Origin: Kudoa neothunni
Lineage: Eukaryota > Animalia > Cnidaria
DNA: 64,000 bases
NCBI GenBank assembly: GCA_964304625.1
Contig: OZ199840.1
Span: 6,202,776-6,266,775 of the forward strand
Direction: 5' to 3'
Positions within the stretch are counted from its first letter, which is position 1, and each line of letters opens with the position of its first letter. Positions 42,036 to 57,165 of the stretch are shown here, one piece after another. The notes beneath the pieces were generated by a model, which worked only from the letters and a program-made list of their open reading frames with translations, had not been told where the DNA came from and searched no databases. The translations under genes and the position numbers were made by a program.

Positions 42036-44639
42036 ATTACCCAAGAAAATTTATTCTTTTTCTTATGTTTTGAATATTCTTATAAATATATTTCTTATGA
42101 ACGATTGTTAACTTGTTAAACCTCTGTTTCGTTATCGATAATGAATAAATTTTGCTACTTGAGTAGTGACTATTTTCAGAGAGACATTTTAAGCCAATAA
42201 CCAAAACCTTTTTTTTAACTTCATCCGGAACAGCATGATTATAAACACCGCTTTCCTGAATACTTCTAATATTATCAAGTGGATTGGTAGACGATCTTTT
42301 GCAGTTCTTTACGTCATCTCCAATATTGAATATTTGTTTTCTCCTAAGTTTTGACAAATATAACTTTACAACAAATTTTTATTTTTTCCTCGTTGGGTTT
42401 TAGAGATAATGGAATATGTTTTTTCTTTATTTGTAAAATAATAGGAATATAATTTAACGAACGTTAAGACAATATTAGATGCGGAAAATTACATGGTAAT
42501 CGTATGCGTAAGCATACAGACAAATTCTCGTTATATACTCTTTGAAACAACTTAATTCTTGTACTTTTCTATGTGTACATTTCTAACAATAGGATAAGAA
42601 AAAATGGATTTAATTCAATAAATATTTTCAATATGCGTTATATATTTCTAGTTCAAAGTCGTTGGTAATGTTTTTCCAAGGTTCGGCGTTTCCTTTTTCT
42701 CTTATAAATTGAATTAACTCTTGTTAGCTTTCCTGTAGTTTTGCGGTCATTAAAATATACAATAACGGGAAAACTTTATTGGAAACAGCTCAGTGGATGG
42801 TATATAATCGATGATGTATTTTCGAAACGACATTAAACGTACCAACAGCTATCCGATCATCTGAATTTCTCGTATGAATTAAATTGTTTTCATTTTTACA
42901 GATAATAAGTTCTTGTCATTAGAACCAGAATAATATAAATAAATGAACATATTTCAATTTGTTTTCAATTCATTATAGAAATCGGAATGGCTTGGATATT
43001 TTTTAGTTTACCAATATTTAGTACATTCTCGTAAATTGACTTGTCGAAATTAAAGTAATGTTATATTTTACTCAGTTGATTCAACCGAAGAAACTTTGCT
43101 AGTTGGAGACACCATATGTTCTGAAATGTGTTTTATTTTTCTTGTCTTCTTCGCTAATTATTTGATTGTGAAAATCGTGTCTTTCGAAGGATTCAAAATC
43201 AATAGAGGGTGAGGTTCGCAATCTTCCTTCATACTTCCCGTGTTGATATCTCCAGTATTTATATTTATTTTTTGCAATCCATAACGTACAGATTATCTTT
43301 CTAAAGGAGTATGTTCTCATTTTTACGAGTTTTATGCAACTCACAATTATTGTTGGCACTCCTACTCACTGCTTCTTTTGCCGCGCGCAATCACATACGC
43401 ATGCGATTATTTCCCAAAAAAACTTCGTCATACTTTACCCTCTGTATTTGTTTAAATGATGTCTCAATTTTATGTATATAATCATAAAACCCTCGCAATA
43501 CCAAGTAGAATGTGGATGGATAAACTTTATCCGATGGTTGCATGGAGATTATGTTACGATAAGGAACCAAAATATTCAAGAATAACCTTTTATACTAACA
43601 TTATAATGCAAAGAGACCAATAATTTTTTATTTTAAATTGATTCACTTAAAATAAAATAGGTGACATTACTCAAGAAAATGTTTTTTGCGTAATGAGATA
43701 AAATACATAACGAATATTGAATAACAAAATTTTGTTGAGCTTCGAAATGAAAGTGCTCGCGGGCCGTAGCTCGCCCATCCCTGAAGTGGAGTATATATTT
43801 TCATAAGAAACATTAGAATAACCATTTTTTAAAATATTTGTTATGTACTGCCATAACATTTTGGATATTATTATCACAAAACGTATCTGGGTGTTTTTAG
43901 TTTTTAATGTGTGGCGCATTACGACATGATAAAACTTTAATTGTAAATATAAACTTTCATATCTATAAATAATACTAATAATCCTATGAATTCTTTTATA
44001 ATTTTATTTCTCATAAAAATTATTTTCGTTATTTATTTACTCCAAACTCTCATGTGTATTAGGGAAATATATGCTTTATAATAATAAATGTTATTTTTGA
44101 GGTGTTAATATACATGTTTATTAAAAAAAAGTAGCATGATTCAATCGTAGGAATAAATATTTATTGTCGCATTAATAGTATTTTTGCACCATTTTTCTTG
44201 AACATTTATTACCAGTATTTTTCTTGCATCCATTATTTATCGTAGAAAATGTCAATTACATAAATCATAAACCGATATAATGAACAATAATTTTTCACTA
44301 CAAAACATGAAAATTGTAGTATAGAAACTATACATCGGAAATACTTATTGATCGCTAGGTTGCCTACTACAACAATCCAATCATAGATCACGGTACCTTA
44401 AATATTCAATCCAGAGGAATTTATAATTAAACGACCAAAATAATCTCTTAGAATTTCGTTAACCTGCATTAGATTCATGCATAGCTGAAGCATTTACGTT
44501 CTTCAAATTATACTTATCGAAAAATACTAATGAAAAAGAAATCCACACAAAACGTTGGATTAAAAAATATTAGGAGATCAAGCACTTAAATACGAAAAAA
44601 TTAAAAACATTTTTTTTATCATCACAGAACGTATGTATA

Positions 44640-45773
44640 CTACAAAGAGCTAACCTCATCAGATTCAACGTCGGTGCTAGAGGAAGACTCTGAGTCGGTA
44701 CCGAAAATTTCTTGTGCGGTGTCATCGATATCACTTTCACTATGGAGCGCGCCGTTTTGAACCACACTATTATCAGGCTCATTTTCAGCATCGAACAGCG
44801 CCGACGAGAGCCTACTTTCATTCAGGCTTTTTTCCTTACGTTTCTGTCTCTTCATATCCATCTTTTCAAATGCTTTCAATTTATCCTCCTCAATCTTAAA
44901 CACACAAATTATTGCTTTACCAACTCCAACCAATTATACTTAAACTCGTTCGAGACGTTCTTTTTCATTGTCATCACAAATGGTTGTAAGAAGCTTGACT
45001 TTTTGAGTGCGTAAAGTACGATCTGCCACAGCTCCAATCACACGCTTATGAGTTTGAGAGTCGGTTGATGATGGACAGAATGTCATTCGTCGGTCAAACA
45101 CTCCTTGTGACATCAACAAATCTCCCTACATCATCCGTCACCAACATGAAACCACCTTCGAATGGTAATTACTTGTCTTAAAAATAGATGATCTTTCGAG
45201 TGACTAATCGGAGTGGTGATCACATCAAACACCTCCGAACCAACATGCAAAGTCATGCTACCATCAGACCATCGCACAAACCGGCTATTGCTTTCTTTGG
45301 TTAATTTGCCATCATGATTATATCGCTGGCGCATCTAATTGTATTATGTATCTAGTTGGAAAATCGATATCTAAGATGAGTAGAACTAACAGAATAGAAA
45401 ATAACTTTTAATTTGTGTCGTATGCGGCCTTCAGAATCCTGATATCTTTCATCCAATCGTTCTCCTTTGAATGTGGCATCGTCAAAACATTCACTTTCAA
45501 GACTGATAAAGTTTGGCAACTTTACCAAATTTAATTTATCACCAAATCTTGGAGGTAATTTCGAAATTTTAACTGTTTCATATTGCGTACTGCTAGTTGC
45601 CGTCGTAATTGGTGACAATTCACCAATCTAATGGAAAAATTACAAATTTCTATGGGTTATGAGGTCACCTCAAAATTTGGTGAACTATCCGAAAGCTAAA
45701 CCAACTTAAAAATAGATTATCAAACAATAAATGTTACATCTGAAACGTCAGAACCTAACACAGACTCGTCCAT
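44640..45773 (-). CDS. LEO1: PAF1 complex subunit Leo1, multi-exon (5' end uncertain, may extend to about 45936)
   Basis: LVKLPNFISLESECFDDATF, EGRIRHKLK, ESNSRFVRWSDGSMTLHVGSEVFDV, HLFLRQ, FCPSSTDSQTHK; acidic tail. Confidence 0.93.
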
Positions 45774-46144
45774 CGCCCTGGCCCAAATGTGTGTGCGCAT
45801 ACATTAACCATCACCGTTGCTTTTCTCTTTTGGTGTACTGATTAAAGATAGTTGGTGCGGATATCGAACCGTTCGACTGTGATCCTAGAAATTGCGAGTT
45901 CGGAACCCGGTTCAGTGAGGCCATTTCAGTTGCCATGTGTGTCTCTTCTATATTGGGAGTTGTTATTGGAGTATACGCTCACCATTGTGATGGACCTGTG
46001 GATAGAATTCGGTTTTGTAGGGAATATTTAGTTAGAATTTTGAATTTTCAAATATTTTCGTAGATAGAAATCTTGTTTGTAGGCTTCAAAGAGCTATTGT
46101 CGTTAAAATTAAAAAAAAAAACCGGATTTTGCAAGGGTCGTGGT

Positions 46145-46660
46145 CAGGGCGTCCACTGCTTGAGTTTTTATTGAAAACCTGTAAACATTGAATAAGAACA
46201 CGAGTTTTCTTGTGTGACATTAATATTTATATTTTTAATAATGTATCCTACTCAAATTATATCGTGCAGGGTTTAAACATTTACGATATTGAACCACAGC
46301 ACAATAGATTGTTTACCGTGGCACGGTTGCACAATTCCTCAGTTAACATTATCGCACATTATTAGAAAATTTAATGTTATTTCAAAATATGTCTTGAGCT
46401 ATGAATTAATTCACTGTGAGCATATTGATCCACACTAGACATTATGTTTGATTGAGTGTTCGCTCCAAAAAACTATAATAGTAATAATACGACGATAAAT
46501 TTAAATTTAATATCTGTAGATGTATTTGAAGACTCGGAAGATGATTAAAAACTTTAATAGATATGATTCTATTTTCTTGTACTTTAGAATAGCGTTTTTC
46601 ACGAACTTGAGTTTTTTTACTTAAACTTGGGTTTTTTCTATAGTCCCACTGGCAGCCCTG
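46145..46660 (+). mobile_element. Short hAT derivative (CAGGGCTGCCAG family) upstream of LEO1
   Basis: CAGGGCGTCCACTG ... CACTGGCAGCCCTG. Homologous (inverted) to 61496-62062 and to the 41560-41657 terminus. TSD not evident. Confidence 0.7.
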
Positions 46661-46825
46661 GTGGCAGGAAACACTATCGATATTAACAGATGTGGCTTCG
46701 CGAGCATGCGCGGTAATGTTGGATTTTGTACTTTTTAAAAATCATGAATGGAAAAAATAAACATATGTCCGAATCTTTAATACAAAGTTTTAGTGTATAT
46801 AATTTTTCGGCGAAGATTTATTTTT

Positions 46826-49657
46826 GGCAGTCGCTATATATCAGGCAGCGAATTTCTAGAAAAGTACTCAACATATTAATCTCAAAATTTACACATCATT
46901 ATAAATTAGTTTAACTTAAGTTTTCCATAATTTCAATTTTTCACGTAAACGACAACAACACAAGTACCGGGAGTGATAATTATTTCATGTAAATTCCGAA
47001 ATGTAGTAATAAATTAAGAATAATTTAAATATAACAAAGGTAGTTTTTATATTTGCGTTTAGTTTTTTCGGCGATAAGATATTTAAACTAAATAGATGTA
47101 ATTTATTATTATATCCTTACATATGCGCATACAGGTTTTCCGTGAATAATGAACACATCGAAAAATATTCTAACATTTATTCTTAATTCACATAAATTCA
47201 TAGTCGAAACTAATTTTTTTTTATTTTTGACTCTAATAGTTGCTGAATGTCTACCCCTTGGTCGATCAATGGATTTTATTTTTGAAGGGATTTTTAAATC
47301 TTAAAGAAAATTAGCAGTATTAAAATTTATTTATTACCTTTCAATTGGGGTTGTTCCATTATTATTTTTGATCGGTCTTGATTACTGATTTTCTGATCTT
47401 GAACATTGTACTCACTATTTGAATGAGTTTTTGATATCGTATGTGGCGAATTTTCAATTAATTCCTTTGATGATTCGTAATATGGTTTAAAATGCAATTT
47501 AATTAGAAAAACATTCACTATTTCGTCTACTCTAATAGTTCCCCAACTATATAAAATTATGAAGTATGATAATGATCGATAATTGTGTTATCGTGGTTTT
47601 TTATTATCCTTTCCAAAAGATTTATTGATCTTATTGATTTATCAAAAAAGTCTCCACAATATTCTGATGTTGTATTTGCAAACTTTGTTGTAAAAGTTGC
47701 CGCATATTTCAACTTTTTAACGAAACTTTTTATTTTAACCTGCTTTTTTATCAATAATAGTAGAAGTTTGCCCGTTGTTATCTTCTGTTATTGTACCTGT
47801 TTTTAAAAATTTCATCCGTATGACTTTGCCCATCTTTCATGGCACAAATCTAAGGAGAAAAGAGGTAATTTTTTCATTGATCTACATTAAACACATGACG
47901 ACATGGAATTGAGAATGATCGATAAATAAGCATGAACATGTCGATGGATTTTTAGTTCCATTAAAGCTTGTCAATAAGTTATCGTCATTTAGTAATGAGA
48001 TTTGATCTCTCTACTTACTATAGGCGTATTTTGTCAAGTGTTGTTTGTAAAGGAATGTACATTCTACATTAAATGTTCATTTGAAACATAATACAATTGA
48101 CTTATTGCTCTAACCTCCTTTTCTGTTCGGAGGATGTTCAAAATTTTGAAAAAGTTACAAATAAAATCATTTAAAGTACTGAATTTATGAACAACGCTTT
48201 TAATTTTCGAATTGGTTGCTTCAATTCGATTGTTTGTACCATTGTCATAAAAGTTGTTTGCATCACTGAAACCGATAACCCATTCGTTGTAAATTGATTC
48301 CCAGTTCCTTTAAAAATATTCGCTCAAATTAACATTGTTAAATGAATGAATTTGATCTACATAACTTTCATATTCAAAGTAATCATTATGATGAATCATT
48401 TTCTGTAAGAATGTTAAAACTTCTTGACAAGGACGAGTAGAAATTGGGAATGTAATGTTGGTAATTTTCCGGAGGAAAATTTGCATGACATGGAATTTAC
48501 AAGGTATACACGATGCGAATGGAAAACTTCCTTTTAGGACTGTTCTGAGTTTTTCATCCTTATCGGTAACGATTTTATTTATATTGTAATCGAAGCACTT
48601 TATTATATCAGTTAAAACATCGCAAAACCATTGAATAGCAGCTAGAGTCTCCTCATAGAGTATATACACACTTGTGATGTGTGTTAACCCAAAAGAATCT
48701 ACCCCTGCACATACATATAATGGTGTTCTAAGATTATGATTACAATAGATTAAAATTTTTTTAATTACCTTGAATTAAGAAGTTTTTATATTGTATCTAC
48801 AAACATCACCTCTGGATAAAACTGCAAGAAGGATTTCATTTTATTGTCTGCAAAAAAATTCTGTTAACAACGCTATATTTATCATAAAATTCTAACCTAA
48901 CAGCTATAGTCCTTTCTTAAAACTCTTTCTATCGCATCTAGGTTAGGGAGGAACAAAGTATTATTTGCTCTAATATTATGGATAGACTTAAGACAAACAT
49001 TTTTTGCGTTTTCACATTGAATTTTAAACTGAATCAATTTTTTATTTGCCTCTGGGCGAATCAATTAAATTAAATTTTGATCATCTAAATCAATTTTTCG
49101 TTGTCTTGGTAAATTCCTGTAAATCATTTCATTTGATTCATGATTATGAACTAGCATACGAGAATGTACTTCAAGAGCAGTTCCATCGACAGAAGTCCTA
49201 AGTGATATTTTAACAGGGCAGTCTCCCCTTAAACTGGTTTATTTCTACTTCCACGGGATTTTGGTTTGTTTTTACCACTGACAATATAACAGTAAGTAAT
49301 CACATAATAACGTGGAGCTGGATGATATTTATAATAGTTACAAAAATTTGATTTCTCGTAATCTAAAATGGCATTATCAAGATCCTCGCCTCGAAGGTGA
49401 CAAATCGTGTTCCAAGTGTAAACATGTTTGAATTTAACGCGTGTCCAGCCAAATTGTAAGAGCAGAATGCGTTCTCAAAGCATGACTTGAACGAACAAAA
49501 ATTATTTAGCCTATTATATTTAATTCTAATTGTTGTCGTTTACGTAAAATTTTGAAATTTAAGAAAAACTTAAACTAATTTATAACGATTTGTAAATTTT
49601 AAGTTAATATGTTGAGTATTCTTCGAGAAATTTGCCGCATGAGATTTAGCCACAGCG
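46826..49657 (-). mobile_element. MULE/Mutator transposon with decayed FAR1-like transposase
   Basis: TIRs of about 130 bp; 9-bp TSD tttattttt/tttatttta. Motifs PLYVCAGVDSFG, IVTDKD..CIPCKFHVMQ, TNNRIEATNSKIK and a SWIM-like Cys/His segment. Confidence 0.9.
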
Positions 49658-49911
49658 TTTATTTTAACTTGAAGTATAAAAATTAAAAATAATTGTCACG
49701 TAGCTGCTAACATTCAGTATTTAATACTAATCGTCCCGGTTCGGTAACACGTGTGTTCAGTCCTATTCACTGCTGTCTTCTCTGGCGCAATTTAAATACA
49801 TAACAATAATTCAACAAGAAAATAAAGAAAAGTTCATTTCGACGACTTTTAAAGTTTATTCTAACTTAGCTTGTGGTTTATTTCAAAAATATATAAAGTA
49901 ATTATTAATAA

Positions 49912-50966
49912 CTAGCTGGAATTGCCCAGCGTTGCTTGGGGAAGATTTCACCTAGAGGCTTTTTTTAATAGCATTCAAAAAATATATTGAAATCTCGAAT
50001 TAACCCATAAAAACAAAATAACTAAAAATTTTTAAGCAATTTACTATAACGATTTGGGTTATGTAATTTAAATTATTATAATTTCTGTGAAGGAAAATAT
50101 CAATCCCGGTGTCCATTCAAAAATTTCGTGGCTCGGTAACTGGGTGCACCACTAACTTTTTAAGAGATAAAAAAATAGAAAAAATAAAAGAGATAGAAGA
50201 AAACTTATGAAAATCAATCGATATTGTTAAAATTAGCATTGTTTTAACTCGACATAAACATACATGCGCTTTTATCATAAACAACCACAAATTGCGTCGA
50301 TTTCAACATAAACAATTTAAATAATTTGGTGAAATAAAAGTACAACCATCCGCATTGAATTTAATCACATAGAGTAAAACTTAGCGGACAATTTAATGAA
50401 ACCTATGAACGCAGTATTTCCATTATAACGCTTCAATCAACGTAACTTTAACGTTCTCCACGAATTCGTTATTTATGAAACATATATAGATTTTTTATCA
50501 CATTGAAAACCATTAATAGAACTTATAAAATGTACTTATCAAGTCATATACGTTAAAACTCCACAAATAAGAAGTGTGTTTAAACAGACACCCAAATAGA
50601 AACGCCAACCTTATACATAAAGATAGATAGATAGATAGAAGCAGTTAATGAACATATGATGGAGCATATAAGGGAGATAGTTAGCTTCAACCGACCATAA
50701 CCATGAAATAAGCAAGTGCTAATCCTATTGTTGAACTCATTTAATCCGAAAAACAAACTTTAAATCGACAAAATCACTATTTCATAAATACTTTTTGGAA
50801 ACTTTCGTAGTCCGAAAACAATTAAACGATTTTTTTTAAATATCGCAAATTTATAAAAATTTTATATATGGCTCTCTATAAGGAAAAAATTATCCGCACA
50901 TGCGTACTTAGGGGCATACACACACAAACAAACATACCGACAGTCCTCTTTTATATATATAAAGGA
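49912..50966 (-). mobile_element. Non-autonomous Helitron, family A copy 2
   Basis: Minus strand: a|TCCTTTATATATATAAAAG ... CCCAAGCAACGCTGGG hairpin, CTAG|t. Internal (GATA)n at about 50620. Confidence 0.9.
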
Positions 50967-52059
50967 TTAAAAACATCTTATAGTTTGTATATTATTGCGA
51001 TCTAGACGTGATTTTTATAATTTATTATTTTTAGATCATTAACGATATTAATAACCTAATTTATTTATGAGTAAAAGAAAATTGGAATTCTTGTTGTATA
51101 TATTAATAAATAAAAAATACTTGATTGAAATAGAAAATTAATTTTCAGGAAAGTTCATCAAATGACTATTGTTTACCTGACTTATTTCAATTTCGATTGC
51201 GCAGAATCATTTCATTACGCACAAAACAAAAACATGCAAGACGATACATTTTTGTTGTTGAATCAATATATAAGTATCGGACCTCTAATCGGAAAGTCCT
51301 GAATTAGATGAAAGATTACAAATGACCTGCTGAGATAGCTACATCGTTCATTGAGCCCACCTAACCGGCCAAAACTCCATTAACTAATACGTTACATTAG
51401 GGGGTTTAACCCTGCCCAAAAAAGTTCAGAAAAAGATAAGCGATAAGCAATAATCATTTGGAACAAATACAATTTAATTAATGAAGAGAGCATTGTTAAT
51501 ATATAAAAAATCATATTCTTTAGCAGACTATTGGCGTAGTAAATTTTAATCCTAATCAGCATGTACTTTTGGGCAATCTAAACTTTTATTCCCAGTCACT
51601 CTTACTCCCACGCTCTATACAAATTTAATTTGTAATACTCTGTTATATTTAATTATTTCTGAATTATTCCTTAGCTAATGTGGGGCAGAAATAGTTAAAT
51701 ATAGTCAAAACTAATGACATCTGAATATTATTTCTTCGGTGTCACCTAGGTGTATAATCCCCACACTTTAAAGAAAAAGTTACGTTTCACATCGGAGCGG
51801 ATTCGACCAAATTTTGGATTTAATTATATTTTCACGGGTGTACCACTGAGGTGAAACCGTTCTAACTAGCTGTGAGCCAAAACGGTTACCAATTAAAAAG
51901 AAAATACAGAAAAAATGAGTTAATTTGATTTAATGTCAAGGATAATTTTTGTCAACAAGGTAGTCATGGATTTAGCGCAGACAAATATAACACCTACGAA
52001 TGAAAATATATATACGCGAGTCTATCAGAAAGAACCCAATAAATAGATGGTTCTGAGCA

Positions 52060-54046
52060 TTAAAGGAAGAAAGACAAGAATGATCCGGTAGAGAGACCAA
52101 GACCAAGTAGTAAAACAAGGAGATTGTTGCAATATTCAGCATCTTCGGGGTCAACAACTCTAAATGAACGGAAAAATTTTAGATCAACTACTCAGTACAC
52201 ACACAATTGCGTACTGATATGCAGATGTGAAAGCAATTGAGGGTAAATAACCATTGGTGAAGGAGAATAGGAACATAAATACTGAAGGAAACGCATCGCT
52301 TCCTGCAAAATATCTTGGAAATATGGCATAATCGGTTTCAGACTTCAGATTACACATAACAAATGGGAAAAAGAAGGATATTCGCGCCAAAGAAAACAAC
52401 GATAACATAATTGAATTCCCCTTTGGCTAGAAAGATGATGATTAAATTGCAATCCCTAACGGAGAAGAAACTAGACGAGTACCCACTGAACGTATCTACT
52501 GAACATTCTGCTCGATGTATCACCAAGGTTGAATATAAGAAACACAGTGCAAGTTACGAAGTATTCCTCTAGAGTACAAAATAGCATTATCCCCTAGGGC
52601 ATAAACAGGAAATCATTATACTCCATTTGGCGTTGGTGCTAGTGGTCTGCCATTTTAATGGTAGAACAGGGAAAAGAAGCAGTGTGACGAAGAAAGTGAA
52701 GAATATGGTGAATGCTTGCGGAAAAACCTAGGTTGGGGTAGTTGATAGAGATCCAATCATTAAAAATTGCACTACTTTTAGCAAAATCCTATAGTATGTG
52801 GTTAACATTTGACGGAATGATGACGCTCTCATATTGCTGTCATTATTTTGGGATTCCTCTGAGATAAATGAGCAATAAAATCAAAATCCATTAATCACGT
52901 TTGGTAGAAATGTTCATATTATTTTTGTAGAACGACTATTTTTTAGGAAAACATTTAGAAATACAGGTGCAAACGAGTGATGCCTACTGTTTTGATGAAC
53001 ACAGTGTAGGCTATAAGTGCCAACACTATTATGCCCAAGCAGAGACCAAAGAAAACATAAGCGGAATTTTTTACATCGAGTTCGGCTATAAGTTAAGGAT
53101 TATCAGTGATACAACGCCTCAAAAAATAACAAAAATAGTCACTTGACATTGCGATCAACCGGATTGAAACAGATACCAACCCTGAGAATGCCTATATAAA
53201 TAGACAATTTATCTGAAAATCAGTTAAAACCTAGAAAATAATTTTTTACTTGACCGGGTAAAAAATACTCCAACAAAATTTGGGGGGAAATATGCGTAGG
53301 TCGCGAAAAAGGAAGCTTGTACAATCGTGGAGGCAACTATATGTTAAGCACACAAAATAGTTGAAATTAGAATTATTAAATCAATCATACCAGCAAGAAA
53401 TATAGAACACAGAATAACGATTGTGAAGAACACTTTAGCAACTGAAAAACGATCTCAGAAAAAAACCATTCTGGGATTAATACATACATTTCTGGGTTTC
53501 GACTGGAATAAATGGGGTGAATAGTAGAAAACCAGCCAACATCATGGACAATGCTACGTAAGTTCTCACGGACCGATTGAATTTATGGAGAAGAAACAAA
53601 TTGATGAAATAAGTCAACACAACCGTTAAATTGGAGCATGACGTAAATGTTGCTGGTGAAGATACTCTTAAGATATTTGTCACCAATCTTGAATTCAAAA
53701 AACTACACAACTCATATAAATACGGCATTCCAAACCCAAGTGATTTACTTCGCCCGAGATAAGAAGACAATTCCAAGGAAGAAGAGAGCATACTCCAAAA
53801 TAAAACGAAAGGATTTGGCATAGATGGAACCTAACCGGAAGATTACCAAGAAAGCAACGCGTTAAATGTTTTTGTGATTCACATAGCGAATAGACATACG
53901 GTAAAAGCGAGCAGTGTTACATTTGTCGAAAGTAAACAAATAGAACATCATTTTAATATTTGTTGCGATCCTTTCACTGTATCAAATAACCATACGCAAC
54001 TTAACTTTAGAGAAAGTATCGTTTTATCCAAGTTTATAAAATCCAT
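52060..54046 (-). CDS. Equilibrative nucleoside transporter (SLC29/ENT), multi-exon; start tentative
   Basis: Many hydrophobic TM exons; LGVCSILPFNALLS, FLFSFTNGYL and C-terminal LGLGLSTGSFLSFFL* are typical of ENTs. Confidence 0.88.
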
Positions 54047-57000
54047 ATTAAATTGTATAAGATAAATAAATTGTGGCATCAATACAGACATTTAAATTTA
54101 CTTTCAAAGTAAAATACTAATACTACATTGAAAGAATGTTTTAACTAGTGACCAAATTAATAATAATTCCCGAAATAATGCTTTCACTGTTATTTATCTA
54201 TTTATTAAAATTATAAATTAAGTGTTAATCCAATTATGTATATATTTCAGTTCTATTAGTTAAAATTAATCGTCTAGTTATAATCGACATAATAGAAAAA
54301 ATTGCACATTAATGTTTCCTTTATCATATAATCTTATTTTGATGCGTCATATTCCGGTTTCATTGCCATAATCGGGAAGAAATTAGTTATTTCAGGATAT
54401 TTCGAAATATTTACTCATAAATATTCAATTTTAGAAATTAATTATTCACCGGTAATACTTAAACTATTTTAATACGACGAAAAACTGAAGATAGAACAAA
54501 TAAATATCGAACACTCCCAACTACTATATTCACACAGCGTATACCTTATGAATAGCCATTGTTGGATTATCTAGGACATGCTACCGCTCCACTTTCGGAG
54601 CATAATATTAGGCGAATGAAATCTCCAATATATCACATATCACCCCTAGCGCGGCTTGTACATCTAATTACCTTTAAACTATTATTGTAGTAGCGTGGTT
54701 GTTAGTTTGGTAAATCGTGCTTCTATGGCCGCATTTAATTTAAGAAAACATAAAGAAGATAAATAGAAACGCATTAATTCATCTAATCGCGTCGAATGCT
54801 GATCGTTTCTCAATAACAACTAAAAGGGTTAATTACTTGTCGACAATTATTTGATCCTTAATGTCGTTCCCTGTGCATAATTCTTCAGACTCTAACATAA
54901 CGTATAATCGATAAATCGTGTTAAAATCAATTCGTACTTCTGTTCGAAGTCAAAACCATAGCTGCACCAGCTTCCTCATCAGTCATTTTTATCAGATTAG
55001 CCTCCGTTCGTAACTTACAGCTGTTAATCCGTACATGAGTTTCATTCAATCCTTATCTATGGTTACGAAGCAGTGAACATATACCAGTGTCGTTAGTATT
55101 AAAATGTGTTTCTATTTAGGCAAGGTATATTTTCGTCAACTGCACTAATAAAACTGATATCAGTTACAAACTTTTTGAAAAAGGATCAACCCACCATAAA
55201 TCAGATAAAGACAAAACTTTTTGGTAATTAGCCAAATATTTGGAGTCTAATGATTTTACATTATATAAATGTGATTTATGACTATAATTAGTAACGAATG
55301 GAATTAAATGTCAAATTGAGTTTATTGTACTTGTCAAATGTCTAAATAACATAAAATATCCAATCCCTATTAAATAATAAGTTTTCAACTGATCACAAGC
55401 AAGCTTACGAATTCATTTGTTATTCCACGGCTTATTTAGTGGGTCGTAAAACCGCAATTTTATTTAATAGGAATTTAGCAAAGTGAAAATTGTAGATAAA
55501 ATCTATTCTCTGAGTTGTTTCTTTGAAAATATATTTAACTTTTATAATATTTATATAATGACATCTGAAATTGGAATTATCTTAGAGCCAACTTAAAAAC
55601 TCATTCAAATCTTCTTTATGAACTATTTAATGCGAGAATTAATCGTTCAATAAATTTCCTTGTACGGTCACCTTTGTTGAGATGTATTATTCATGATTGA
55701 TAATGACAAATTTATTGCTCGTATAATGGGGGATTTACATAATAGAATATCGTTTGCTACGTCACAGAAAAGGTTGGCAACGAAAATCAGAAAATAACGT
55801 TCTCACTGTTTTAATTTATCATCAGTATAACATGAAAGCTTCTAAAATCTAAACATAAAATTTTTTTAATTACGTTATTGGAAAGAATTAATTCTTTCAC
55901 ATATTATCGCTTTCATATTGCATTAAGATTCTTATCATCAGAAGAAGATTTTCTCACGCTTATATTCTTGTTAAGCTGGCAAACATCTTCCCTATTAGAG
56001 TCTCTATAAAGCGTGAACGTGATGAAAGGCGTGATGCATTATACTGTTGACAGATCGGTAAATCTCGAATAAGGATTACGTTAGTTTTTGAATTCTGTGT
56101 GGTCTATCAACTAGTTATATTGCTGCCGTGTACGCTACAATACCATCTTTAGCGTTCCAATTTGTGCACCATGACGTTAAGCAATGCTGTTTAGCTGGGG
56201 AGAAAACCATGAGTCAGAGACTAGGAATAAGTGGTTTTTATAAAATTATCAATTATTATTCCCATAATAAATAAATAAATAAATAAATAAATTTTAATTT
56301 CGATTTGTCACAATAAATTATTGCAATTCATTAAAATTATTGAAATTTGTTAAGATTTAGCCATAACTGCGCATTATTGACGGCCTATCCGTCACGCTAA
56401 AAAACCCTTATTATTATTAGTTCATTGGACCCAGTCGGACCGCGTGCGTTATTCTGCAGTTGGGTGAGCGCACTTAAGAAACGTAACAAAATTTATCTAC
56501 AAAATTTTTCATGGTTTAATAACGTAGAATAATTTAATGGAAACAGACTAATAGCATTATTTGGACAATGAAAAAAAACAATATTGAGTGCGAAAGTCCG
56601 GCTCAAAAATTGAGTCTTAAATTTGATTAAATTCCCATTCGTGTGATATCGTGCCCACGTGTAATCTCCTTTTTGTTTACAAAAAAGCTGGCAAATTTCC
56701 TTATTCTTTGCATATTGTACCACATACCTTCCTTAGAATGACTTCGCTTATTTTTTAGAATCACTATTAAGCCAACAAGTGTGTTTAAATGCTCTATATA
56801 ATGACATTATGTTTTCAAAATATAAACAAACAATTTATTCATATGTCAATAGGTAAAATGTAAATTTGACTATTTTTATAAAATTAAAATAAGTTTTTAG
56901 TTTAGAATTTTCTTACGTATATTTTTATTCAATAGATCAAATTTTATCGAAGAATTCATGTGAACAATTGAACATTATATTATTTTTAATATTGACATGT

Positions 57001-57165
57001 TAAAATTACCTTCTTCCCAATAAAATCATGTACTGTTAATTTAATCATCATACAAAATATAAATTATAGTAATCATCTAAATACCCAAAAGTGGATTTTT
57101 AAGATCGTTTAGATAATCAACTGTAGATATCGTTTAATTTCCAACTATATTTTTGGCTTAATCTA

